NCBI GenBank assembly: GCA_047284725.1 | Contig: JBJBEO010000001.1 | Location: 2,008,203-2,072,202, forward strand | DNA length: 64,000 bases | From: Synechococcus sp. | GTDB lineage: Bacteria > Cyanobacteriota > Cyanobacteriia > PCC-6307 > Cyanobiaceae | Direction of reading: 5' to 3' | In this document: piece by piece, positions 45,809 through 56,592 of the stretch | How the letters are laid out: each line of letters starts with the position of its first letter | Numbering within the stretch: the first letter of the stretch is position 1 | Program-made: the position numbers and the translations under genes | Notes under the pieces: generated by a model | Seen by the model: only the letters and a program-made list of their open reading frames with translations | Told to the model about the DNA's origin: nothing | Database searches by the model: none

Positions 45809-46696
45809 TCAGAGAAACTCTGAGCGCAGCTGCTGGCTATGGGCCAGCACGCTCTCAAGCTGATCCCAGTTCTCTTCAAGGATCGCCTCCTCCAGCTGCT
45901 CAAGGCTCCAGCGATAGGACGCCAGCCCCCGCAGCACCGCTGCGGTGTTGCGCGCTGCCATCGCCGTGCCCAGCTGAGGATTGCCTCCTCCCACCCGAGT
46001 GGTGTCAGCAAAGCCGCTGGAGGCAAGCTGACGCGCCAACTCGAGCACCGCTGGATCCCGCTCCGCTGCCACAGCCTGCAGCAGGGCAGCACTCACCAAC
46101 ACCGGCACGTGGGAGATCAAGGCCACCGCTTGATCATGACGATCAGCCTCGGCTAGCAGCCAGCGACTGCCCAGCGCCTTGGCCGTCTGCTCCACCATCG
46201 CCAAGGCAGAGGCATCGGTGCCGGCTTCGGGTGTCGCCACCCAGGGACGACCACGGAATAAATCGCGCACACCCGCTTCCACTCCCGCCTCGGCCGTACC
46301 AGCCATCGGATGACTGGCGACAAACCGGGGATGGAGAGAGCTCCAGGCACGGAGCACGGATTGCTTCACCGACCCCACATCGGTGATCACCGCCCGCTGC
46401 GGCAACGACCTCACCAAGATGGGATCAGGGTCCAGTAGACGCTCCAGCGGCAGAGCAAGGATCACCAGATCACAGCCCTCCAGACTCTGAGGATCGGTAC
46501 TCACCTCCTGCACAAGGCCCCGCTCCAGAGCGCGATCCGCTGTGACCTGGCGATGGGTCACTCCCCTGACACGGCACCCCAGCGCCTGCAGATCCAGACC
46601 CAGCGAGCCTCCGATTAATCCCAGCCCCACCAAGCCCACTGTTGATGGCAGGGTGACCTGTTCGGCCCCATCGCTCTGCATCGCCACCCGATCCAA
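45809..46696 (-). CDS. tyrA: Prephenate/arogenate dehydrogenase
   Basis: GLGLIGGS, DVGSVK, HPMAG and GFADTTR. Confidence 0.93.
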   Translation of the reverse strand: MDRVAMQSDGAEQVTLPSTVGLVGLGLIGGSLGLDLQALGCRVRGVTHRQVTADRALERGLVQEVSTDPQSLEGCDLVILALPLERLLDPDPILVRSLPQRAVITDVGSVKQSVLRAWSSLHPRFVASHPMAGTAEAGVEAGVRDLFRGRPWVATPEAGTDASALAMVEQTAKALGSRWLLAEADRHDQAVALISHVPVLVSAALLQAVAAERDPAVLELARQLASSGFADTTRVGGGNPQLGTAMAARNTAAVLRGLASYRWSLEQLEEAILEENWDQLESVLAHSQQLRSEFL

Positions 46697-46762
46697 TCAC
46701 TCCATGTTGATGGAGCGTCCAGCGTGAACCAACACCAGCAAGGCCCCTCTTAGGCTCTGCCA

Positions 46763-48211
46763 ATGCTGGAAGCCCTCGCCCATCAGCAGCTCAAACACCT
46801 GCTGCAGAGGGACCGCTCAGCCTGGCCCCACCACCTCACCCTGAGCAGGCTTGTCGCGCGTGGGCTGCGGCGACGGGACCGAGCGCTGTTTCAACTCGCC
46901 CCAGGCAGTCAGGACCAGTGGTGGCTGGGAGTTTTGGTGCCACTCTGCCTTCAGAGCCAGCGGGCCGTGCTGGTGCTCGAAGAAGCCGAGAAGCGGCGCC
47001 TGCTCCAGGTGGAGCGACCCCGATTGCAAGCAGCCGGCCTGGCTCTCGCCTGCTGGATGGAGCCAACAGCGCCGACAGGGAATCAACTGTGGGTCCTTTC
47101 CAGCGCTGATCTGGTGACGGCCCACCGGCGGGGCATGCTGCAGCCAGACCACCAACTGATCATTCCGAATGCGGAATGTTTCAGCCAAAGGCTGCGTCAG
47201 GCCCTTTCGGTGACGATCGCTCCGCCTGACTGGGAACGGTTGCGCCAGGCCCATCCCTGTGCCGATACCGCCCTGCTCGAACTGCATGAACGCCTGAGTC
47301 GACGCCTCTTTGCCGAAGCCGCCCGTACCGATGCACAGATGCGCCTCGATCGCAGTGAACTGGTCGCTCTTCGTGATCTGGTGGGGTTGCTCAATCCTCT
47401 GCCCGATCCATGGCCACAGCTCACCGATATCAACCCCGATCACTGGGTGAGCTGGGCAGCCCTCGACCATCATTTATTGCAATGGCGCTGGCACCTCGAT
47501 GTGCTTGAGCCCTTGCAGGAGCTGCAAGAGCTGCTGGCTCCACAGCCGGCCCTGCTGATCAGTGGCAATGGCCAGACGGCACGTCTGCAGCAGGAACTCG
47601 CCTCAGCGGGTTTCAGCGCCGATGTGATGGTGCACCTACGGGAACCCTCCCTTCTGGAACCCCTCCCCCTGTTCGCGCCTCGCCGCCAACCGCTGCCTAA
47701 CACGGAGATTTACTCCGAGCACCTGCTCGACCAGTCACGGCGCCTCATCCTGGGCCGCACCGGACTGACCGTGGTGCTGCTCGATGACAGCGGCATGCGA
47801 CAGCGCCTTGCCAGCGAACTGGCGGGTGAATTTGGCAGTCGCGTGATTCACGAAGCCACCACTCCCGACAGCAACGGCGTGATCTGCTGCCGCTGGAGCT
47901 GGTGGCAGACCCATCAGGATCACTTGCCTTCACCTGAGCAGATGATCGTGGCCCTGCTGCCCATCGCCAGCCTGGAATCTCCTCTCACAGCGGCCCGAGT
48001 GGAAACTCTGAAGCGTCAAGGCCGCGACTGGTTCAGGGAATTGCTGCTACCCGAAGCCCTGGCGGTATTAGCCCCCGCCGTCGCCCCTCTCCGTCACGCC
48101 GGTGGACGACTGGCCATCCTCGACGGACGGGTGCATGGCCGGAGCTGGGGGGAACAGGTGCTGGCAGCGTTGCAACCCTGGACTCCCCTTCAGCGCCTGC
48201 TACCCAACTGA
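46763..48211 (+). CDS. DinG/YoaA-like helicase-fold protein with degenerate ATPase motifs
   Basis: C-terminal GRLAILDGR..RSWG; no Walker A or DEAH motif seen. Confidence 0.7.
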   Translation: MLEALAHQQLKHLLQRDRSAWPHHLTLSRLVARGLRRRDRALFQLAPGSQDQWWLGVLVPLCLQSQRAVLVLEEAEKRRLLQVERPRLQAAGLALACWMEPTAPTGNQLWVLSSADLVTAHRRGMLQPDHQLIIPNAECFSQRLRQALSVTIAPPDWERLRQAHPCADTALLELHERLSRRLFAEAARTDAQMRLDRSELVALRDLVGLLNPLPDPWPQLTDINPDHWVSWAALDHHLLQWRWHLDVLEPLQELQELLAPQPALLISGNGQTARLQQELASAGFSADVMVHLREPSLLEPLPLFAPRRQPLPNTEIYSEHLLDQSRRLILGRTGLTVVLLDDSGMRQRLASELAGEFGSRVIHEATTPDSNGVICCRWSWWQTHQDHLPSPEQMIVALLPIASLESPLTAARVETLKRQGRDWFRELLLPEALAVLAPAVAPLRHAGGRLAILDGRVHGRSWGEQVLAALQPWTPLQRLLPN

Positions 48212-48275
48212 CGACTTGAGACGGATGTCTCTGGGATCACAGCTTTAGGCTGCCTCAGCCTGATTAACGCTCCGC

Positions 48276-48515
48276 ATGGGAGAAGCTCGTCGCCGCGCCA
48301 GTCAGGGATTGCCGCCAAAGACCATCAAACCCGCAGCTGGATCGTCGGAACGGGTGGTCCCTTGGCTACCTCTCACCAAACAACAGACCAGCCAGTTCAT
48401 GGCGATCACCACCCGAGGTGCCTGGATCGGCATCGGCGGCATGGTTGCGATCTGGGTGGTGGTGCGCTTCATCGGCCCCGCAGCTGGCTGGTGGACGCTT
48501 GCCGATACCCCCTGA
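48276..48515 (+). CDS. Small membrane protein (DUF2839-like)
   Basis: MGEARRR, GAWIGIG and VRFIGPAAGWW. Confidence 0.8.
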   Translation: MGEARRRASQGLPPKTIKPAAGSSERVVPWLPLTKQQTSQFMAITTRGAWIGIGGMVAIWVVVRFIGPAAGWWTLADTP

Positions 48516-48658
48516 GGCTGCTTCGCTCGCCCAAGTCCGTCGCCCAGCCGATTGCCAGGATGATGGTGAGACCAAGACAGTGGCCGCAGGCCGGCTCACC
48601 CCGCTCGCACCAATCTAAAGAAACAATTTAAGATTTATGGGTCCCTTGAGGTCGCGCC

Positions 48659-49030
48659 ATGTTTCTGCGCTTGGCACAGCAATACCGCGCAGTTGTGCAC
48701 GACCTGGTGATGAGCCTTCAGGCTCTCGCGAACAGCCTGAAGAAACGGGGTCTCAGCGCCACTTGCTACGTCTGTGACGATGGCAGCGATGGCCATGGTG
48801 CATCGTTCGTCGCCGACCTCGGTGATCAGCACATGGTGCGCTTTCTTGTCTCTGATTTCGGCATCAGCTGGGTGGAATCCCGCAACGGTCGGGAGCTGGT
48901 CAAGCTTGAGGGAGCTGAAGCCATTCAGGAACTTCAGCGCGTGTCCCAGTTCCTCGAAACCGTTCCACCACACCTGAAGCCCACCGCCAACAGCTCAGCC
49001 TCGAGCAGGGAAGCGACGCCTCCCTGCTGA
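48659..49030 (+). CDS. Conserved cyanobacterial protein (DUF1815-like)
   Basis: MFLRLAQQYR, ATCYVC and RFLVSDFGISW. Confidence 0.78.
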   Translation: MFLRLAQQYRAVVHDLVMSLQALANSLKKRGLSATCYVCDDGSDGHGASFVADLGDQHMVRFLVSDFGISWVESRNGRELVKLEGAEAIQELQRVSQFLETVPPHLKPTANSSASSREATPPC

Positions 49031-49063
49031 ATCAAGGGGCCTCTCAGACCCTGAGCACTGACC

Positions 49064-50245
49064 TCAGGCTGCTGCCGAAGGTGCCTTGGCACCGCTGGCC
49101 TTGACCTCCGCTTCTTTGGAGGAAGCTTTGCTCTCCGCCGAGCCAGAGCCCGATTTGGCGGCTGCACTGCGGGCAGCAGCCGCAAGAGGGCGCATGGAAT
49201 TCGACGTCACCTCTGAGCCCTCAGTGAGCTTCTGACGCACCAACCCCTCAATCACCTGGGTTGCTTCAGGGTTCTGTTCGAGCCAACCAATGGTGTTGTC
49301 GCGACCCTGGCCGATATTGTCGCCGTCGTAGCTGTACCAAGCCCCCTTCCGGATGACCACGCCGGTTTCTTCGGCGAGATCGAGGAGACACCCCAAGGTG
49401 CTGATCCCACGCCCAAACAGGATGTCGAACTCGGCAATCCTGAACGGAGGGGCCACCTTGTTTTTCGCCACTTTCACCTTGGCCCGGATGCCGTATTCCT
49501 CGGTCCCCCGCTTCAAGGTCTGAATGCGACGGATATCGAGCCGCACCGAGGCATAGAACTTGAGAGCGTTACCACCTGTCGTGGTCTCGGGATTGCCATA
49601 GGTGACGCCGATCTTGAGACGCAGCTGGTTGAGGAAGATCACCGTGCAACCGGATTTTCCGATATTGCCGGTGATCTTGCGCATGGCCTGACTCATCAAA
49701 CGAGCCTGGCTACCGACAGCGAGATCGCCCATCTCGCCCTCGATCTCCGCGCGGGGAGTCAGCGCGGCAACAGAGTCAACAACAACAATGTCGACGGCAG
49801 CGGAGCGCACCAGCTGGTCAACGATCTCCAGCGCCATCTCGCCGGTATCGGGCTGAGAGACCAACAGATTTTCGATGTCGACCCCGAGCGACGCTGCATA
49901 AACAGGATCAAGAGCGTGCTCAGCGTCCACAAAGGCGGCAACGCCACCACGCTTCTGCACTTCGGCGATGGCATGCAGGGTGAGGGTGGTTTTACCGGAG
50001 CTCTCCGGGCCGTAGACCTCAACAACACGGCCTTTGGGATAACCGCCACCGAGGGCGAGATCCAGCGTCAGGGCACCGGTGGGGATGGTTTCCACCCGCA
50101 TCCGGGACGCATCCCCCAGACGCATGATCGAGCCCTTGCCGAAATTGCGCTCGATCTGACCAAGCACAAGGTTGAGGGCTTTGTCGCGCTCGCCGGGGCG
50201 GGCATCGGATCCGGAGGACTGGGCGGCTTTCACGTCAACTGGCAT
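49064..50245 (-). CDS. recA: Recombinase A
   Basis: [15 protein letters not shown] and [15 protein letters not shown] at 50245. Confidence 0.98.
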   Translation of the reverse strand: MPVDVKAAQSSGSDARPGERDKALNLVLGQIERNFGKGSIMRLGDASRMRVETIPTGALTLDLALGGGYPKGRVVEVYGPESSGKTTLTLHAIAEVQKRGGVAAFVDAEHALDPVYAASLGVDIENLLVSQPDTGEMALEIVDQLVRSAAVDIVVVDSVAALTPRAEIEGEMGDLAVGSQARLMSQAMRKITGNIGKSGCTVIFLNQLRLKIGVTYGNPETTTGGNALKFYASVRLDIRRIQTLKRGTEEYGIRAKVKVAKNKVAPPFRIAEFDILFGRGISTLGCLLDLAEETGVVIRKGAWYSYDGDNIGQGRDNTIGWLEQNPEATQVIEGLVRQKLTEGSEVTSNSMRPLAAAARSAAAKSGSGSAESKASSKEAEVKASGAKAPSAAA

Positions 50246-50375
50246 GGCAGGAAAAGCTAAAGGGCTAGTGGGCGTTACAGGCCGCGAAGCAGGACGGAGC
50301 ACAAAGCGCTGCAACCAAGCCAAGAGGCACTGAACAAACGTTTCAATGCCCCCAACAAGATCACCCGTCCCATGT

Positions 50376-50389
50376 AGTACAGATGTACG
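50376..50389. promoter_or_regulatory. Cyanobacterial LexA (SOS) box upstream of recA
   Basis: AGTACAGATGTACG matches RGTAC-N3-DGTWCB; about 130 bp upstream of the recA ATG. Confidence 0.85.
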
Positions 50390-50397
50390 TTAACGAA

Positions 50398-51177
50398 TCA
50401 AGTCCAGTCCGCCAAGGGGGTCAGCATGCGGGCCTGATCGAGGAGGTGAATCCCCTGGGGCAAAGCCTCCCGATCATGGGGGCGAAGGTAACCCCAGTCG
50501 GCCAGGAAGCAAGGCAGGGTCTCCAGCCCAGAGGTGGCCTTGACCGTCTCAAGCGTGGGGCGGCGGTCCTCCACAAAGCCAGCCAGAGAACGCTCGGTCC
50601 TGAGCTGCAGCAGCACGTCGGGCTTGGTCCCAGCCTCATGACCAAACAACAACTGGGGCCGCAGCGCGAATCCATCGAGCAACTCCGCAGTGAAAGCTCG
50701 CCCCTTGGTGGTGAGCACCGCCCAGTCAAAACCTTCAGCACCGAAGCGGCGCAGGCGTTCAGGCACCCCCGCGAAGGGGCGATGACGCGCCAGCCAAGTG
50801 GAACGATCCTCGGCAACAGCTGCGCTGCGCACCTGTTCCAAGGCCACCTGCAGTTGTGGAGGCGTCCAACCCCGAGCCACAAGCGCTCGCTTGCAATGGT
50901 GGGCATAGCCCTGCACAAAATCCTCAACTCCCTCGCGGAGCAGGGGGGCCTCAGGGTCTTGCAGAAGCACTGCGATCAGAACCATCTCCCAGCCGTGATG
51001 AATCCAGGGCCTGAGCTGCCTGAAAACCTCCGGCACGGACACAGGCAGACGGTCCTCGGCGTTCGATGACGACGGCAAGAGCGACAGGCAGGCAGCTCTG
51101 GCACTCCACCAGTACTCCTCCATACCGTCGACGATCACACCATCGAAATCAAAAACGAGAAGGGGTCGGTTCGACAC
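50398..51177 (-). CDS. HAD-family hydrolase
   Basis: FDFDGVI, TTK, VEDR and ADWGY; AGGAG upstream of the GTG. Confidence 0.88.
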   Translation of the reverse strand: MSNRPLLVFDFDGVIVDGMEEYWWSARAACLSLLPSSSNAEDRLPVSVPEVFRQLRPWIHHGWEMVLIAVLLQDPEAPLLREGVEDFVQGYAHHCKRALVARGWTPPQLQVALEQVRSAAVAEDRSTWLARHRPFAGVPERLRRFGAEGFDWAVLTTKGRAFTAELLDGFALRPQLLFGHEAGTKPDVLLQLRTERSLAGFVEDRRPTLETVKATSGLETLPCFLADWGYLRPHDREALPQGIHLLDQARMLTPLADWT

Positions 51178-51192
51178 CGGATCTCCTTAAAA

Positions 51193-51264
51193 CTGGGCCG
51201 CTAGGATTCGAACCTAGGAATGGCGGGACCAAAACCCGCTGCCTTACCACTTGGCGACGGCCCA
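51193..51264 (-). tRNA. trnQ: tRNA-Gln(UUG)
   Basis: Reverse complement TGGGCCGTCGCCAAGTGGTAAGGCAGCGGGTTTTGGTCCCGC...GGTTCGAATCCTAGCGGCCCAG. Confidence 0.97.
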
Positions 51265-51365
51265 ACGCGCAATCGACGATCCCGAAGGAAGCTGACTGGT
51301 GCCTGAATAGTTACCCACAACGCCGTGGCCTTCGTCAATCCATTGTCAGGGGAAAATCTGGTCAA

Positions 51366-53027
51366 TCAGGGCGGGAAGACCCTCAGACGCCTCTGATCCG
51401 CTGCGCCGAAGACATCACTGCGGAGGTGATAGCGCGCCACCAGATCCGCCTGCATGCGCCGCACATCGTCAGTGCGGGGAAGCAGCTCCACCGGCCGCCC
51501 AAGGGGCACCACCACCTGTTCCACCGCCAAACGACATTCCTCAAGGGCGGCGAAGGCATCGCCACGGTCTTGGGTCACCGGCCGTGGTTCGTCCTCAGCA
51601 CGGCGCACCAGCAACCGCTCCAGAGCCCGCTCCACCTGAGGGAACGTGTCGGACTTGATCACCAGAATGGGGACGTGTGCTTCCCGAGCCTGGCGCCGTA
51701 GTCCTGGCTCGCGCCCCAACCCCTGACGTACGCTCAGCACCACATCGGCGTCGGCGAGGTCATCCACCAGCTGCACAGGCCAGGCGTGGCGACGGCTGGC
51801 CTCCTCGACCAGGTGAGGAGTCAGACCACAGCAGAGCACCTGCAAGAGATGGGAACGGGCATCAGCATCCATCGCAGAAGCCCTGTCACCGATCGCAGCA
51901 TCAACCGCCCCCGCGTCTCCTGGATCAGGCATGGGCACCACCGCCAAGGCAGGCTTGGAGCCCTGCTCGCGGCGGGACCGAAGCGAAGGATCACGGGGCC
52001 TCCGAGGCCCGACGTCAGGTGGATCAACCTCCACCAGCTGAACGCGACCCTCGGAGGTCAGCTCTCGCAACTGGGCACGCGGCTGATGTCCTCTGAGCAG
52101 CAGATCAACCGTTGCTCCCACATCCACATGCACGGCCCAGCGATGACGCTGATGGATCTCCACCGCCAATGGGAAGGTGGGCTCGGCTGCACGCTCCAAC
52201 ACCGTCTTCTGACTGCGGCGACGGCGCGCCTCGTCATCACCAAGGGTGACCGACTCGATTCCGCCCACCAAATCGCAGAGGGTGGGGTTCTTGATCAGAT
52301 TGGCCAAGGCATTGCCATGGGCCGTCGCCACCAGCATCACACCCCGTTCGGCGATCGTGCGTGCCGCCTGGGCCTCCAGTTCCGTGCCGATCTCATCGAT
52401 CACGATCACTTCAGGCATGTGGTTTTCCACCGCCTCGATCATCACTTGATGCTGCAGCTCGGGCCGGGACACCTGCATGCGTCGCGCACGACCGATGGCG
52501 GGGTGGGGAATGTCGCCATCACCAGCGATCTCATTGCTGGTGTCGATCACCACCACCCGTTTCGACAGATCGTCAGCCAGCACTCGGGCGATCTCGCGCA
52601 GGGCAGTCGTCTTGCCAACGCCAGGACGTCCCATCAGCAGCAGTGAATCGCCTCGGTCGAGCAAATCGCGCACCATGGCCACAGTGCCGAATACAGCGCG
52701 GCCAACACGGCAAGTGAGACCCACCACCTCCCCGCGTCGATTGCGGATGGCACTGATGCGGTGGAGGGTACGTTCCACTCCGGCACGATTATCAGCCCCA
52801 AACTGCCCGAGCCGATCCACCATCACCTGGAGATCCTCCCGGGTCACGGGGGCATCACCGAGGCAAGCTGAACGGCCGGGATAACGAGCTTCAGGGACTC
52901 GCCCCAGATCCAGCACCACCTCCAACAACTGGTCTCGGGCTTCCTCGGTCCTGAGGTGGCTCTGCACAGTGGCTGGCAACAGCGCGAGCAGGCGGTCGAG
53001 GTCGTCGGTGATGCGCTCGGTGATCAT
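51366..53027 (-). CDS. ycf45: Ycf45-like AAA ATPase (SpoIIIAA-like) with R3H-like C-terminus
   Basis: GRPGVGKTT, IDTSNEIAGDG, VIDEIG and ATAHG. Confidence 0.85.
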   Translation of the reverse strand: MITERITDDLDRLLALLPATVQSHLRTEEARDQLLEVVLDLGRVPEARYPGRSACLGDAPVTREDLQVMVDRLGQFGADNRAGVERTLHRISAIRNRRGEVVGLTCRVGRAVFGTVAMVRDLLDRGDSLLLMGRPGVGKTTALREIARVLADDLSKRVVVIDTSNEIAGDGDIPHPAIGRARRMQVSRPELQHQVMIEAVENHMPEVIVIDEIGTELEAQAARTIAERGVMLVATAHGNALANLIKNPTLCDLVGGIESVTLGDDEARRRRSQKTVLERAAEPTFPLAVEIHQRHRWAVHVDVGATVDLLLRGHQPRAQLRELTSEGRVQLVEVDPPDVGPRRPRDPSLRSRREQGSKPALAVVPMPDPGDAGAVDAAIGDRASAMDADARSHLLQVLCCGLTPHLVEEASRRHAWPVQLVDDLADADVVLSVRQGLGREPGLRRQAREAHVPILVIKSDTFPQVERALERLLVRRAEDEPRPVTQDRGDAFAALEECRLAVEQVVVPLGRPVELLPRTDDVRRMQADLVARYHLRSDVFGAADQRRLRVFPP

Positions 53028-53063
53028 CGCCAAAACCTGCGGGCCCAAGGCTATCCCCGCCGC

Positions 53064-54134
53064 TTAGCCAGCGGACGGCCCTTGTCGTCGAACCTCCAGC
53101 CAGGGTTCCACCAGGGCACTGGCCTGAAGGAAAGCCTCTTGCCAGGCCTCAGGCCAGTCGACAAGACGAACACCGCGCTCCAGGGCAGCCTGCAACCAGG
53201 GCTGAACCAAGGTGCGGGCATAGCCACCAAAGGCAACACCCGCAGGACTGCCCTCAGCGGCGGGCACACCCTTGCGAATCTGATCCAAGGTCGCACCGTT
53301 GGTCCCTCCTGCCAACTGCAGGGGACCTGGAGGAGCCAGTGGACGCACCTGTTGCCAGAGCTGAACAGCCGCGCGGGCCGTTCCCCGGCCCACATCACCA
53401 CTCATCGGCCGACCATCGAGCTGCCACACCGGCCTCAATCCATGCCTACGCACCACGGCATAACGCTGCCAGAGCTCGTGGGCAAGATCAGAAGGCCCCA
53501 AGCCATGGCCCTCCAGACCACAACTGACCGCAAGGCGGCGCAAGGGCACCTCGGCATCCACCAGAGCAGCCAACGTGTCGGCAAAGGCGTCCGCACGCCC
53601 TGGAGCGGTATGCACTTCCACAGCATCAGGGTTCAGCTCACGCATGAGAGAGGGCAATGCCTCGCGCCCCTGGCGATGGTCACGGGCCTCAATCAAGCCA
53701 TGGGGGCAAGCCGGCAGACAACGACCACAGCCGTAGCAACGGGCCGGATTGATCCCAGAGCCGTGAGACTCAGCGGGTCGAGGCAAAGGCGAAATCGCAT
53801 CCGCAGGACAGACGCGAAGGCATGGACGGGGACAATCCCCCGGGCAAAGGGCTGGATCGAACTGAGCCTTGCGGAAATGGGCGTCGGCGCCGTCACTGAT
53901 GCTCACCATCAGCCACACAGGTCGGGCCCCGTGGCGACGCGCCCAGGTCAGGCCAGTACGGGCAGCACGCACCACAGCAGGGTCTGCTGCCACATCGACG
54001 CAATGCACACCCGCACTGGCATAGAGCGCACAGAGATCCGTGATCGAAGCGAGATCCTGATTACTGGCCCCGCAGATCAATTTGACCCAATGCCCTTCGT
54101 TCAGGGCGCGTTCACCACGGCAAGACGACGACAC
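53064..54134 (-). CDS. ldpA: Light-dependent period protein LdpA (Fe-S)
   Basis: WVKLICGAS, CP..C..PC..VCP, CYGCGRC...CP and QLAGGTN. Confidence 0.9.
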   Translation of the reverse strand: MSSSCRGERALNEGHWVKLICGASNQDLASITDLCALYASAGVHCVDVAADPAVVRAARTGLTWARRHGARPVWLMVSISDGADAHFRKAQFDPALCPGDCPRPCLRVCPADAISPLPRPAESHGSGINPARCYGCGRCLPACPHGLIEARDHRQGREALPSLMRELNPDAVEVHTAPGRADAFADTLAALVDAEVPLRRLAVSCGLEGHGLGPSDLAHELWQRYAVVRRHGLRPVWQLDGRPMSGDVGRGTARAAVQLWQQVRPLAPPGPLQLAGGTNGATLDQIRKGVPAAEGSPAGVAFGGYARTLVQPWLQAALERGVRLVDWPEAWQEAFLQASALVEPWLEVRRQGPSAG

Positions 54135-54147
54135 CTGATCAAGGGAC

Positions 54148-54609
54148 CTAAGCCCCTAGGAGACCAGCCATCGACTGCCAGCGAAGACTGCGCGAGCCAC
54201 CCATTTCCACCACAACCTTCAAACGCGGCTCGCGGCGGCAGAGCTCACACAAGGAGAGAAGCTCCGAGCGGGACAACACCTGGCCCTCCAGGAGCCAAAG
54301 CACGACAGGCTTATTTCCCAGCAGGCGCTCACCGAGCAAGGGCATGACCTCCTGCACTTCACCAACGGCAGCACCTCGACCAACACTCTGATGACCCAGG
54401 TGAGGCGGACGAATGCCGTGCTTTTCGAAGAGAAAGACCTCCACATCCCCGAGACCACGGGCAGACGTCATCAAGGTGTTGTAGCCAGCGCCCCGTAGTC
54501 GACGCAGCAAGCGGGTTTCGGCCCCTCCTTCGAGGGGAACATGGATGGCCATGCAACCGACGTCCTCGAGCTCACGGCGGAACCCCCGGCCTGAGAGCAG
54601 CAGTGGCAT
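54148..54609 (-). CDS. ndhN: NDH-1 subunit N
   Basis: MPLLLSG, PLEGG, SARGLGD and HGIRPPHLG. Confidence 0.92.
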   Translation of the reverse strand: MPLLLSGRGFRRELEDVGCMAIHVPLEGGAETRLLRRLRGAGYNTLMTSARGLGDVEVFLFEKHGIRPPHLGHQSVGRGAAVGEVQEVMPLLGERLLGNKPVVLWLLEGQVLSRSELLSLCELCRREPRLKVVVEMGGSRSLRWQSMAGLLGA

Positions 54610-54990
54610 GAACCCAACACAGCTGCGGGCAAGTCTGGCAGTCGAAGCGGCCAATATGAAGAGGGAAGGGCTGTGGTGTAGTGTTTTTGTTTGCTCCGTG
54701 TTTCTGTGCCCGTCCGCTAGCCGGGCCTCCAGATCGCAGAGCGGGTCCAGCGGTTGCGCTGGATCTCCAGGCCAGAGCAGTGAGGAGTTCACTCCGATCC
54801 TGCCGGGAAACTGATCGAAATCCTCGAACAAGTCCCAGCCCGCTGATTCGCTCGCTAGCTCGATTCCGACCATCTGTCGCCTCTGCTGGCGCCCAGATCT
54901 CGGTCATCACTGCGTCACCACGATCAGCATCTCTATCCACCGCTTGGTTTTCGAGCGGAGGTTGCTCACGCTGGCGTTCTTACATCCCCC

Positions 54991-55647
54991 ATGTCCATCG
55001 GCATCCTTGGGAAGAAGCTGGGTATGTCCCAGCTCTTCGACGAGCAAGGCAAAGCCGTCCCGGTCACTCTGATCGAGGCGGGTCCTTGCCGCATCACCCA
55101 GCTCAAAACATCTGAAACCGACGGCTACTCAGCCGTTCAGATTGGCTTCGGCGACATTCGCGAGAAGCTGATCAACAAGCCCGCCAAGGGCCACCTCGCC
55201 AAATCCGGTGAGGATCTTTTGCGCCACCTCAGCGAATACCGCGTCGACGACGTGAGCGGATTCGAACTGGGCAATCAAGTCACTGTGAGTGACTTTGAAG
55301 CTGGCCAGAAGGTGGATGTGAGCGGCGACACCATGGGTCGTGGTTTCGCTGGCTACCAGAAGCGTCATGGCTTCAGCCGCGGTCCAATGACCCACGGTTC
55401 GAAGAACCATCGTGAACCCGGTTCGACCGGTGCAGGCACCACGCCCGGCCGGATCTATCCCGGCAAGCGCATGGCTGGTCGCTATGGCGGCAAGAAGATC
55501 ACCACCCGTGGTCTGACCATCCTCAAGGTGGACAGCGATCGCAATCTGCTGGTGGTGAAGGGTTCGGTTCCAGGCAAGCCTGGGTCCCTGCTCAACATCC
55601 GCCCCGCGAACCGGGTGGGTGCCAAGCCTGCCAACGGAGGTAAGTGA
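54991..55647 (+). CDS. rplC: 50S ribosomal protein L3
   Basis: GILGKKLGM and GRGFAG. Confidence 0.98.
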   Translation: MSIGILGKKLGMSQLFDEQGKAVPVTLIEAGPCRITQLKTSETDGYSAVQIGFGDIREKLINKPAKGHLAKSGEDLLRHLSEYRVDDVSGFELGNQVTVSDFEAGQKVDVSGDTMGRGFAGYQKRHGFSRGPMTHGSKNHREPGSTGAGTTPGRIYPGKRMAGRYGGKKITTRGLTILKVDSDRNLLVVKGSVPGKPGSLLNIRPANRVGAKPANGGK

Positions 55648-56282
55648 TGGCTAACTGTGTAATCCGCGATTGGCAGGGGAAGGAAGCCGGCAAGGCAAGC
55701 CTCGACCTCAAGGTGGCGAAGGAAACCACCGCCAACGACTTGATGCATCGCGCTGTGCTGCGTCAGCAGGCTCACAGCCGTCAAGGCACCGCGAGCACCC
55801 TCACCCGGGCAGAAGTCCGTGGTGGCGGCCGCAAGCCCTACAAACAGAAAGGCACGGGTCGCGCCCGTCAGGGTTCGATTCGCACCCCGCTGCGTCCCGG
55901 TGGCGGCATCGTCTTCGGTCCGAAGCCTCGGTCCTACAACCTGGCGATGAACCGCAAAGAGCGTCGCCTTGCTCTTCGTACGGCCCTGATGGCCCGCGTC
56001 GAAGACATGGTGGTGGTGAAGGATTTCGGCACCAGCCTCGAGGCACCGAAGACCCGTGAGATCACCGACGCCCTTGGCCGTCTCGGTGTCGCTGCAGACG
56101 CCAAGGTGTTGATCATCCTCAGCAACGCCTCGGAGGTCGTGCGTCGCTCCGTGCGCAACCTCGAAAAAGTGAAGCTGATTTCCGCTGATCAGCTCAATGT
56201 CTTCGATCTGCTCAACGCCAACAGCCTGGTGGTGGGTGAGACCGCACTAGCAACGATTCAGGAGGTCTACAGCGATGACTGA
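55647..56282 (+). CDS. rplD: 50S ribosomal protein L4
   Basis: [15 protein letters not shown]. Confidence 0.98.
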   Translation: MANCVIRDWQGKEAGKASLDLKVAKETTANDLMHRAVLRQQAHSRQGTASTLTRAEVRGGGRKPYKQKGTGRARQGSIRTPLRPGGGIVFGPKPRSYNLAMNRKERRLALRTALMARVEDMVVVKDFGTSLEAPKTREITDALGRLGVAADAKVLIILSNASEVVRRSVRNLEKVKLISADQLNVFDLLNANSLVVGETALATIQEVYSDD

Positions 56283-56577
56283 GCGCTTCACCGGACGACT
56301 GGCCGATGTGATCCGCCGCCCGCTGATCACCGAAAAGGCCACCCGCGCATTGGAACAAAACCAGTACACCTTTGAGGTGGATCCCCGCGCAGCCAAGCCC
56401 GACATCAAAGCCGCCGTCGAGCAGCTCTTCGATGTCAAGGTCACAGGCATCAGCACCATGAATCCTCCCCGCCGCGCTCGTCGCGTCGGTCGCTTCGCCG
56501 GCAAACGCGCCCAGGTGAAGAAAGCTGTGGTGCGCCTGGCCGAAGGCAACTCCATCCAACTCTTCCCTGAGTCCTGA
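56275..56577 (+). CDS. rplW: 50S ribosomal protein L23
   Basis: PLITEKA and KKAVVRL. Confidence 0.97.
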   Translation: MTERFTGRLADVIRRPLITEKATRALEQNQYTFEVDPRAAKPDIKAAVEQLFDVKVTGISTMNPPRRARRVGRFAGKRAQVKKAVVRLAEGNSIQLFPES

Positions 56578-56592
56578 GGGGTCTGAAACGTC

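Noticed and set aside
52956..54347. 463-aa ORF on the plus strand
   Set aside because: Antisense shadow of ldpA/ndhN in GC-rich DNA; no recognisable motifs
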